Both the position numbers and the translations under genes were made by a program. Under the pieces are notes generated by a model. The model did not search any database. It had not been told where the DNA came from and saw only the letters and a program-made list of their open reading frames with translations. A stretch of DNA of 35,300 nucleotides from Macrostomum lignano (lineage: Eukaryota). Of this stretch, positions 23,209 through 33,577 are shown one piece after another (the stretch's first letter is position 1; every line of letters begins with the position of its first letter). Where the stretch lies: contig NIVC01004774.1 of assembly GCA_002269645.1 (NCBI GenBank), positions 1 through 35,300 of the forward strand. The letters run 5' to 3'.

Positions 23209-23490
23209 CAGTGGCGGATTAGGGGGGGGGGGGGCGCACAGTGCGCACGCCCCCCGTCGAGTCAGATATTTTTATTTTTTATATTAATATATGGAAAATT
23301 CACATTATTAAGTACCGATTATTTTCCGAATCGGTAGGCCCTATTGTCAGCACTCATTTTAGTGCCGGATGCACTAATTTTTGGCGCCACAGGCACTAGG
23401 CCTAATTTTTGGCTCCGCAGGCACTCATTTTAGCACCGCATGCGCTAATTTTTTGCGCCGCAGGCACTCATTTTGGCGCCACATGCGCTG
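23209..23490 (+). mobile_element. Partial CAGTGGCG-ended MITE related to family A, with about 6 diverged 21-bp repeats (GCAGGCACTCATTTTGGCGCC)
   Basis: Begins CAGTGGCGGATTAGGGGGG. Internal repeats at 23348-23482 match the family-A core. The right terminus was not found. Confidence 0.55.
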
Positions 23491-25658
23491 CGCTATGTTT
23501 TGTCTTCCTGCAGCAAATTGCATTTATACAAAGCAGCAAGAACCAAAAATAGGAGTAAAAATAAGCAAAGAGTCTACATTTTGCATTTAAAATGTGAAGG
23601 GACCAGACTAGATAGGCCTACCATTACTGGCCCCTCACTTTAGGCAGGGCCTTGCTCTGCTGTCCCCCCATTCTTATGCTATGATTAATAGTACTTCTAT
23701 TCTAATGACTAATGTACATTTTTTGCAGTGCACTTAGCTAGCTGACAATGCACACCTCATACTTAGTTTAACTTGTTTAAGTCATGTAAGTGTTGTACTG
23801 TTTACAAAAGGGATGTGGTTAGTCTGACAGATGGCTTACATAGGTGTAGGCCTATCTGAGGCCTATGGTTAGATCAATAAATTTGACTTACAAAGAATTT
23901 TTGTTGAATAATAATTTAACAAATGTAAATAAAGTCTTAGCAATACAATGGACCAATAGTTGCATTAGGACCCTATTTACTCTCATATTATAGCATAAGC
24001 AGGTCTTGGTATAGGCTGCAGCTTGCAACAGGGGCATAAATATCTTTTAGCTAGGGTCTAGCTATGGCAACTCTCTATATTTTATAAGCCTATTTTGTTA
24101 TATTATAGGGTCTACTCTAAAAATATTTAACAATCAATATAGAGCACCATATTAGGCCTATATATAGATATAGATATAGGACCTCATTGTATTTTGGGAC
24201 TGGGCCTGAAAATATGTCATTGACACAATGTTTCCTTTGTGTCATATATGTTAACATATACTAAAAATGGCAAGTAGGCCTACCCTTGTTAATTGCCAAG
24301 AAATCCTAGTATATATATTGCTTTCCAAACCATATTAGTAAATAGAGCATACTATGGCATAGGCCTAGCCAGTATTATATATTGCTTTGTTCTATAGCCT
24401 ACCCTAAATTTATATAGCTTAAAACTAAAGCATAAAAGCATACCCTTTGGGGGAATAGGGGGATAGGGCATAGTTGAGCTGAGATTTATGCTTAACTTTT
24501 ATTGGCTTGTGGGTCTTAGCAGTCATTTACTATAGTCATTTTGCAATATTCACTGTAGCCAGTTACCCATTTGTGAGCTACCACTTCAAAATTTTGTTAA
24601 CTTGTTGATTTATTATAAGTCTATGGCTAAGGTCCTACTATATTTTAGTTTATAACTTTTGTTTCCATTGTCTATTTTAATGTTGGTAAGGTTAATACAA
24701 AGAAAAGAGTTGCTGCCATAAATCTGTGCAAAATTATATTATTTGGATCAGCAGAACAAGAGATATAATAAAAAATAACACTGCTTTTGGGACAGCCTTG
24801 TAATTGTTCACACTGCCATAAAAAATGAGCTTTTGTGATTTCTTATATTGTTTTGATCAAATTGCATGTCATATGATATGCTATGCATATATAAATTTGT
24901 ATAACTTATATTTATCATGCAATTTTGTGGCAGTGTGGCCTGCAGTGGAGCTAATTATTTAAAATATGACCATTTGATGACATTGTCTATTACAATAAAA
25001 AAAGTATAACAATTTAAAGATGACAATTCAAATATGATTTAAGTTAGAGCCATATTTTAAGCCTAATACAATGTAACAATAAAAATAAAATAATCTAGTA
25101 TTTTCTAGCTTAATTAGGGGGGCCTATACTAATCTTTATGCTTTGAGTAAAAAAGACCTTTGTTTAACTTAATCAGGTTAGGATTTTTTGCTAAAGAAAA
25201 AATAATTCTACATAAAAACAATTTGTACAGATTACAATCATACTGGCAGATATATCTAAGATTTTTAAAGTAAGAAGATAAATTTATGAATACCAAAACT
25301 GAAAACAAAGTAATATTTTATTTTATATAATATATGATTTTTATCTTATGTGATATGATATGATTAATATATGATAATTATCATATGTTAATAAGCAATC
25401 ATTTATAGCAAATGTTCAAATAAGTATAAAAAGCTAAGATATTCAATTATTTAATAAGAAACTTTTAGAAGAATGGAATTTAGATCACTATATGCTTTTC
25501 CTATTAACACTTATAATAATTGATTTAATTTTATTTAAATCTAATAAGACAATATTGCAAATAAGTAGGCCTATTAGTAGTATATCATATATAACATATT
25601 TAAATTTTTTAATGTGTTATACATTAGTTAAAACATTAGTATAACTATTTCATTTTTA

Positions 25659-25782
25659 GTATAATTGACTTATACAAATTATAAAGCATATAGTGATATG
25701 AATAAACAAGAACTAGAAACAATCAAGAACAATATGTGATATCCAATGTGTATTTAGAACAATATATTCTAAATTCTACTAT

Positions 25783-25831
<49 letters not shown>

Positions 25832-25930
25832 CTAAATACACATTGGATATCACATATTGTTCTTGATTGTTTCTAGTTCTTGTTTATTCATATCACAATA
25901 TGCTTTATAATTTGTATAAGTCAATTATAC
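25659..25930. repeat. Near-perfect inverted repeat (arms about 108 bp) around a (TA)n-containing spacer
   Basis: 25659-25766 is the reverse complement of 25823-25930 with one mismatch seen (catatAgtg vs cacAatatg). The spacer ends in a (TA)n tract. Confidence 0.92.
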
Positions 25931-26239
25931 AAATAATATGTAATTTTCATGCTCATATAATATGTAATTTTTAACTTCTATAGTGCTGCAAAGTAATTCT
26001 TTAGGAATTTCAAAAGAAAAAGATCTTTTTCTAATGCCAATAGAGATAGCCTAGGTAGCATTGTATATATCTTCCAAAAGGCACTGATGTTGGGAAGAGG
26101 TTATAGTTACATTTTAAGATTAGTCTTAGTTCAAAGTTTAAGGCCATTTCTGTAGCTCCTCCCTTTTGCTTAAGTTGTATCCACTGGTTAAATTCTACTC
26201 CAATCTCTTTCCTCCTAGGTTGGCAGATCTAAAAGTGCT

Positions 26240-26870
26240 ATATTGATAGCTTGAGGTAAATGAATAGACTTTCATTCTTTTTGTCTATTGCTAGGATATT
26301 GGATAAGTGCACTGAGTCTAGCAGCAATATTATTGCATAGAAAGGTAGGCAAATCAGTCTTGTAGGTTGACCAAAAAAGGAACAAAGATAACCAAATCCC
26401 AGTGTTTTTTTGTATCAATAATAGGAATATTAGCACAATCTTCTGATATATAACCCACCTAAGAGGAGTCACATTGATTTCAATTGCTCTCTAGTCTTAA
26501 GAATCTTCTCTTAGAGCTCACTAAATGTCTCTGCAAAGCAGACTCTTTTTGCCACTTCAGCCAGTTGCTCTTAAAAATATTCAATTAGAGACCTGGCACT
26601 TAGAAAATTGATTACACTCTTTTGGAGTGCTTTTGTCAATCCCTTGGTTAGAGTCATAAGCCATGCTTCATTTTATTTACTAGCCCTGGCTATTCCAAAT
26701 CTAGGCCTTCCCCATATAAGTGCTCATCTCCTTTTTATATGTCTTGCCATGGTAAGTGGGATGTGGAGTGGCTGCCCTCCCTTTGGATTTGCCATTAGCA
26801 GATCAATATCTGAGAAACAACTGATAGTTTTCTTTATTTTTCTCAAGAAATAAAAGTCAATGTATCCAAA
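26240..26870 (-). pseudogene. Possible decayed non-LTR retrotransposon RT C-terminal region (R2/Hero-like)
   Basis: One minus frame of about 145 codons with several stops (…PLHIPLTMARHIKRR*ALIWGRPRFG…). Adjacent frames give SNWLKW and LFLFWSTYKTDLPT, loosely resembling Hero-clade GRxGLG, QGxWxxW and FL..xYDxLP motifs. Weak, by eye. Confidence 0.25.
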
Positions 26871-27049
26871 TTCAGTTTTTCTTTATTCTACCAAATTAGA
26901 TAAGCACAACTCATAATGTTAGTAAAAGAGTAAGCATTATGTGATTTATGTCATACAAAATTTTAGAGTTCATGGCATAAATAAACAATTCTTTGATTCC
27001 TACGCTCATATATATGAGTAGCTATTGGTTTGTCTAGCATATAGCATTG

Positions 27050-27600
27050 ACTAGCATCCCACCTTCCCTGGTACCTCTACTCTATTTGGCACATCCTAAT
27101 AGAACCTTTCTCCCTGCTTGTCACCTATTGCCCCAATGTTTTCAGTTTCAAGAAGCTTCTGTGTGAAAATAGAAAGTGCATCTTTATACTCATCAAGCAC
27201 CTGAGATTTTGGAAGGCCTTTATCATGCTGCAAACAAGTATTGTATAGTTTGCAGTGGTATACTTTGTGTTCTTTCAAGCAGTGGGATCAATATCTTCTG
27301 GTCAACAAGATGTTCATTTGTGATGTTTGTTGCCATAGAAACACAAGTCACTGATCCACTGATCAATTACTCATATAGTTCTCTTCAAGAGTTGTGGAGT
27401 ATGCAAGAATGATTCAGGCAAACTGGTTCCCATTGTAGAGCAGCACACACTTCAAAGAGTTCTTGCTGTTGTCAATCTATTGAATCATTTTGAGAAGTGC
27501 TGAGTTTACCAAGACCAGCGACATCTTGGCAACACACAAGGTCTTGCTCCTCCTGGCAGAGGTAGCCCGTGTAATCCTTATGCTTTTTACAAAAGAAAGT
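27050..27600 (-). mobile_element. Decayed, internally deleted Chapaev3-like (CMC superfamily) transposase fragment
   Basis: Ordered motifs across frames: FF…LVCCQDVAGL; IDNSKNSLKCVLLYNGN…AYSTTLEENY (canonical IDSSKRSLKxVLLHNGN…HSxxLKExY); NEHLVDQKILIP; NIGAIGDKQGERFY*D; RYQGRWD. Confidence 0.7.
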
Positions 27601-27880
27601 AATAGATTGGAACAAATTTTTCGTGAATAAATTGTTTGTTTAACTTTCTTTTGGGTAGTAGAGGTTGTGCATGTATAGGGACGGCAGTAGCAGTGAGTGT
27701 TTTTTCACGCGATTCCATCTGTGGCTTTATAAATAATATAAAGCTGATCGAATCTCATTATTATGATAGCATGCTGCTTCGAGTGTCTTCCAGTAAAGTG
27801 ACTACGCAAAACTACACAAAAATAAATTATTAAAAGAAGATTTTAAAGACTCAAAAAATACAAACAAAAGCAACAGCAGC

Positions 27881-28306
27881 ATGGCGCTCAGACAGGCAGG
27901 CGGCGAGAGTTCCGGCATCGCTCTGGCCCGGCTAAGCGAGGAGCGCAAAGCCTGGCGCAAGGACCACCCGTTCGGCTTCGTTGCAAAGCCGGCGGCTAAC
28001 GCTGACGGGACGATGAACCTGATGATCTGGGATTGCAAAATACCCGGCCGCCGGGGCACCATCTGGGAGGGCGGCCTGTACACTCTGCGCATGTACTTTA
28101 AGGTTGGGCTCGCCTCGCCATCTATCTATCTATCTATCTATCTATCTGTCTATCTATCTATCTATCTATCTATCCATCTATCTATCTATCTGTCCATCTA
28201 TCTATCCATCTATCTATCTATCTATCTGTCTATCTATCTACTATCTGTCTATCTACCTATCTATCTATCTATCTATCTATCTACTATCTATCTATCTATC
28301 TATCTA

Positions 28307-28343
<37 letters not shown>

Positions 28344-28398
28344 ATCAATCTATCTACTATCTATCTACTATCTATCTATCTATCTATCTATCTATCTG

Positions 28399-28448
<50 letters not shown>

Positions 28449-28449
28449 C

Positions 28450-28484
<35 letters not shown>

Positions 28485-28542
28485 ATCTATCTATCTACCT
28501 ATCTATCTATCTATCTATCTATCTACTATCTATCTATCTATC

Positions 28543-28576
<34 letters not shown>

Positions 28577-29511
28577 TTATCTATCTGTCTATCTATTATC
28601 TATCTATCTATCTGTCTATCTATCCGTCTATCCATCTTTCCCCACCCAGGAGGACTACCCCAGCTCGCCGCCGAAGTGCAAGTTTGAGCCGCCACTATTT
28701 CACCCGAATGTCTATCCGTCCGGTACCGTCTGCCTCTCACTGCTGGACGAGGAGAAAGACTGGCGCGCGTCCGTCACAATCAAGCAGATTCTGCTGGGCA
28801 TTCAGGAGCTGCTGGATGCGCCAAATATCCGGGATCCTGCTCAGGCTGAAGCCTACACCTGCTTCATGTGAGTTCTGAGCACCGTGCCGGTGTGTGATGC
28901 CACTGTGTGCTCTGGTGTGCCAGTGTGTGATCCCACTGTGTGCTCTGGTGTGCCAGTGTGTGATCCCACTGTGTGCTCTGGTGTGCCAGTGTGTGATCCC
29001 ACTGTGTGCTCTGGTGTGCCAGTGTGTGATCCCACTGTGTGCTCTGGTGTGCCAGTGTGTGATCCCACTGTGTGCTCTGGTGTGCCAGTGTGTGCTCCCT
29101 GTGTGCTCTGGTGTGCCAGTGTGTGATCCCACTGTGTGCTCTGGTGTGCCAGTGTGTGATCCCACTGTGTGCTCTGGTGTGCCAGTGTGTGCTCCCACTG
29201 TGTGCTCTGGTGTGCCAGTGTGTGATCCCACTGTGTGCTCTGGTGTGCCAGTGTGTGCTCCCACTGTGTGCTCTGGTGTGCCAGTGTGTGATCCCACTGT
29301 GTGCTCTGGTGTGCCAGTGTGTGATCCCACTGTGCATTGTGATATAAATTTGTACATTATTACACAATCTATTAAACTTAGCTCGTTACTTCAAGTAGTG
29401 CAGTCAGTTAATACGTGTTCTTTGTAAATTTTAAATTCCAGGCAAAATCGGCGAGAATACGACGAGAAAGTTCGACAACAAGCGACTCGATTTAAGAATC
29501 CAAATTTGTGA
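27881..29511 (+). CDS. UBE2I: SUMO-conjugating enzyme E2 Ubc9, 169 aa; exons 27881-28102, 28650-28867, 29442-29511
   Basis: [25 protein letters not shown]…FK|[30 protein letters not shown]…[12 protein letters not shown]|[14 protein letters not shown]. Catalytic Cys intact. GT-AG introns 28103-28649 (phase 0) and 28868-29441 (phase 2). Total 510 nt. Confidence 0.97.
28120..28636. repeat. (TATC)n / (GATA)n microsatellite of about 515 bp filling Ubc9 intron 1
   Basis: Interrupted TATC tetranucleotide array with TGTC and TCCA variants. Confidence 0.97.
28890..29335. repeat. 33-bp minisatellite (GTGTGTGATCCCACTGTGTGCTCTGGTGTGCCA)n, about 13.5 copies, filling Ubc9 intron 2
   Basis: Near-perfect tandem units (GAT/GCT variants; one unit lacks 2 nt). 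Confidence 0.96.
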
Positions 29512-30064
29512 ATTTATCTAAGCATCGTTAACTTATTTTCTAATCATAATCGTTCAGTTTGAAGGCACCGCTGATTTTGCTGTGCAGCACGTGTCGCGTC
29601 ATTATTGTTATTGCGTATCAACCAGTTTTAAGATAATCAATTACTTGATTAGGGGTCTCTGTCTAAATTCTCTAATAGCAACTCTAACACATCCTACTGA
29701 CGTAAGTAGTTCATTCCGAATGTTTATCTACAAATCGAATTCGATTTGCAGATGATACGACTAGGTTATTATCAATTACCGTAATTAACTTATTATCTGC
29801 AGCAATTTAACATAATATGTAGCTAATATTGTTTTTATTGTCAGCTAAAATGCGAGTTTTAACCCAGTGCAAAGTCTGCTTTGTGTAGGAATTATAATGC
29901 ATCTCAGCGTGCATTGAAATATTTTGCTTAACTTGCGCGAGCATGCCTCTGCTGCTCGCTTGTATCTCCGCTGCGTGTGTTTATAAACTGTGTCGACTGT
30001 TTGTCAGAGTTTATTTCGCCAAGTCTGCTCTTTCTGGTTGCTGTTTTTTCTTTATAGATGGGAC

Positions 30065-30664
30065 CTCAGATCCTCAGTTGCTGGGCCAGCCTCCCAGATC
30101 CTAAGTTGCTCGGCCAACCTCCCAGATCCTCAGTTGCTGGGCCAGCCTTCCAGATCCTCAGTTGCTCGGCCAACCTCCCAGATCCTCAGTTGCTGCGCCA
30201 GTCTCCCAGATCCTCAGTTGCTGCGCCAGTCTCCCAGATCCTCAGTTGCTGCGCCAGCTTCCCAGATCCTCAGTTGCTGCGCCAGTCTCCCAGATACTCA
30301 GTTGCTGGGCCAGTCTCCCAGATACTCAGTTGCTGGGCCAGCCTCCCAGATCCTCAGTTGCTGGGCCAGCCTCCCAGATCCTCAGTTGCTGCGCCAGTCT
30401 CCCAGATCCTCAGTTGCTGGGCCAGCCTCCCAGATCCTCAGTTGCTGGGCCAGCCTTCCAGATCCTCAGTTGCTGGGCCAGCCTCCCAGATCCTCAGTTG
30501 CTCGGCCAACCTCTCAGATCCTCAGTTGCTCGGCCAACCTCCCAGATCCTCAGTTGCTGGGCCAGCCTCCCAGATCCTCAGTTGCTGGGCCAGCCTCCCA
30601 GATCCTCAGTTGCTGGGCCAGCCTCCCAGATCCTCAGTTGCTCGGCCAACCTCCCAGATCCTCA
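30065..30664. repeat. 28-bp minisatellite (CCCAGATCCTCAGTTGCTGGGCCAGCCT)n, about 21 copies
   Basis: Tandem units with three recurring variants (GGGCCAGCCT, CGGCCAACCT, GCGCCAGTCT). Confidence 0.96.
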
Positions 30665-30777
30665 TTTGCATGGCTACTGTTAGGCTCTTATGGATGCTAA
30701 GCAGCAAATATGCATAAATACAGTTCTTATATCAGATGAGCATCAATTTCTGGTCTTCCACCCGCTCTTCAGCTATC

Positions 30778-32649
30778 ATGACAGCAGGAGTTACCTGGCG
30801 GTTTTGCGTCCTTTGTCGACAGAGCCTGCCGCCCAGGATTCTGTTGCTGGCCAGGTAAATATGCAGTTTTTGCTACCGAAAAACCGACTTGTTGGATCAG
30901 ATATCTTGCACCCTTAGTTACCCGGCCGCCGAGGATCACAGAATGTCAACTGACAATTGTTATAAGTCACCTGATGCTCAGAAATCAAGTAAAATTCATC
31001 TGCCAAGGAAGTCTACTTCATCCGACAATCAAGTCAAATTCACCTGACAATCAAATCAAAGTCACCTGACAATCAATTCAAAGTCACCTGACAATCAAAT
31101 CAAAGTCGCCTGACAATCAAATCAAAGTCACCTGACAATCAAGTCAAAGTCACCTGACAATCAAATCAAAGTCACCTGACAATCAAATCAAAGTCACCTG
31201 ACAATCAAGTCAAATTCACCTGACAATCAAGTCAAAATCACCTGACAATCAAGTCAAATTCACCTGACAATCAAGTGAAATTCACCTGACAATCAAGTCA
31301 AATTCACCTGAAAATCAAGTCAAAGTCACCTGACAATCAAGTCAAATTCACCTGACAATCAAGTCAAATTCACCTGAAAATCAAGTCAAAGTCACCTGAC
31401 AATCAAGTCAAATTCACCTGACAATCAAATCAAAGTCACCTGACAATCAAGTCAAATTCACCTGACAATCAAGTCAGATTCACCCGACACTCAAGTCAGG
31501 CATCTGACACTCAAGTCAGGAATCTGACACTCAAGTCAAAAACACCTGACACTCCAGTCAGACACCTAACGATCAATTCAAATTCTCCTGACAATTAGAT
31601 CGGATTCACCTGACAATCAAGCCAAATTCACCTGACAATCAAGTCAAATTCACCTGACAATGAAATCAAAGTCACCTGACAATCAAGTCAAATTCACCTG
31701 ACAATCAAGTGAAAGTCATCCGACAATCAAGTCAAATTTACCTGACAATCACATCAAAGTCACCTGACAATCAAATCAAAGTCACCTGACAATCAAATCA
31801 AAGTCACCTGACAATCAAATCAAAGACACCTGACACTTAAGTCAAACCTAACAATCAATTAAAATTCTCCTGACAATCAAGTCAAATTCACCTGATAATC
31901 AAGTCAAATTTACCTGACAATCAAGTCAAATTTACCTGACGACAATTAAGTCAAATTCACCTGACAATCAAATCAAAGACCCTGACAACCAAGTCAAATA
32001 AATGTGACAACCAAGTCAAATACATGTGACAACCAAGTCAAATACACTTAATAATAAAATCAAAATACTATCACAATAAACTTCGCAGACAGCCTATCAG
32101 CAGCAGCAGCAGCAGCAGAAATGTCTCGGACAAATCCTTGCAACCGTCAAAACCAATCAGACCCGGTCGTAGCGGCCTCACTGAACCGCTTGCCAACCGT
32201 AGCGAGCCTGGCGATTCCGTCGCAGTGCCGATCCCAACAATGAACTGCAAGAGTACATTGAGTACTCTAAAATCAATACCTGGCACGCGGCCGTAGGTCG
32301 CAGTTCGCCAGCTGGTAAGCAGCGCTGGAAATACGAGCGCCTGGTGCTTGGCACCTGTGCGGTGATATTTCTAGCTTACGTGTACATCAGGCCGGAGAAC
32401 TCAATTGATGAGCAATTCGGCATGGAAGAATTCGGCAAAGGCCTGTTCCGGCCAAATCCGGCCATGGAGCATCACATCGCGGCCACTATACAGACAGTGG
32501 AATCCAGAGGCGGAGACGCCAGTCTGTACAGGAACCAGCTGAAGATTCTATTGAAAGAGAAAGAGCTGCAGCTGGAAAGGGAACGGCAGAAGTATAGTGG
32601 TAAAGCCGATGTTAAATACGATCCGACACTGCACGACATCAAGTACTGA
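30778..32649 (+). CDS. Probable CCSMST1/UQCC4-like small mitochondrial membrane protein; exons about 30778-30854 and 32089-32649, with an unresolved frame break between 32203 and 32297
   Basis: Exon 1 (CTTCAG|CTATC-ATG…GCCAG|GTAAAT) encodes an Arg/Leu-rich, acid-free presequence-like peptide. The 3' frame reads YIEYSKINTWHAAVGRS…QRWKY-TM-YIRPENSIDE…GGDASLYRNQLKIL, resembling the family pattern I.FS.SKA..W…W..-TM-REEND.D…G.D…L..RL (from memory). One extra base (e.g. C at 32233-32235) joins the frames. Confidence 0.55.
30945..32045. repeat. 22-bp minisatellite (CAAGTCAAATTCACCTGACAAT)n, up to about 45-50 units, filling intron 30855-32088
   Basis: Tandem units with a conserved core and degenerate ends and middle. 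Confidence 0.95.
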
Positions 32650-32784
32650 CAGTTGCTGACTGTTGTCAGTCTGACTGTGTCTGACCTTGTCACTCTTCTC
32701 TTAATCAGCGTGTTCTTTTCTGTCCCTGATCACCCCTTCTCCCTATAGTTCTCTCGTTATTCGTCACATCCTTATCTCTGTAGC

Positions 32785-33328
32785 TCCCTGATCTCGTCAC
32801 TCCCTAATCTCCTCGTCACTCCCTAATCTCCTCGTCACTCCCTAATCTCATCACTCCCTAATCTCGTCACTCCATAATCTTCTCGTCACTCCCTAATCTC
32901 CTCGTCACTCCCTAATCTCATCATTCCCTATAATCTCCTCGTCACTCCATAATCTCCTCGTCACTCCCTAATCTCCTCGTCACTCCATAATCTCCTCGTC
33001 ACTCCATAATCTCCTCGTCACTCCCTAATCTCATCACTCTCTAATCTTCTCGTCACTCCCTAATCTCCTCGTCACTCCCTAATCTAATCACTCCCTAATC
33101 TCGTCACTCCATAATCTCCTGGTCACTCCCTAATCTCCTCGTCACTCTCTAATCTCATCACTCCCTAATCTCCTCGTCACTCTCTAATCTCATCACTCCC
33201 TAATCTCCTCGTCACTCCCTAATCTCGTCACTACCTAATCTCCTCGTCACTCCCTAATCTCGTCACTCCCTAATCTCGTCACTCACTAATCTCGTCACTT
33301 CCTAATACCCTCGTCACTCCCTAATCTC
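32785..33328. repeat. 16-19-bp minisatellite (CTCCTCGTCACTCCCTAAT and shorter variants), about 30 copies
   Basis: Tandem variable-length units, most containing CCCTAA. Confidence 0.95.
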
Positions 33329-33577
33329 TGATCCACCCCTTGTTACGGATAATTACGGAATATGCTTTGCAAAAGTTAGTTTCGTATTCATTATTCATGT
33401 TCTGTTTAACGTAAAGTGCAAGAGCGAAATATACTACTTAATAATGTAAGTAGACGATTAGTTCTCCGTCATTTGAGATTTTTATGATAACATAGACAAG
33501 CAAGTTGATATCTTGTAATTATTCTATTCGCAATTATTGACTTAATTTGACACTTAACCAAGTATTGCGCAAGGAGG

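Noticed and set aside
27881-28871. ORFs 27881-28687 and 28104-28871 as single-exon proteins with YLSI repeats
   Set aside because: The repeats are the (TATC)n intron. Splicing 28103-28649 restores canonical Ubc9.
28737-30717. Repeat-encoded ORFs ([17 protein letters not shown]…)
   Set aside because: They are translations of the 33-bp and 28-bp minisatellites, open in several frames and on both strands.
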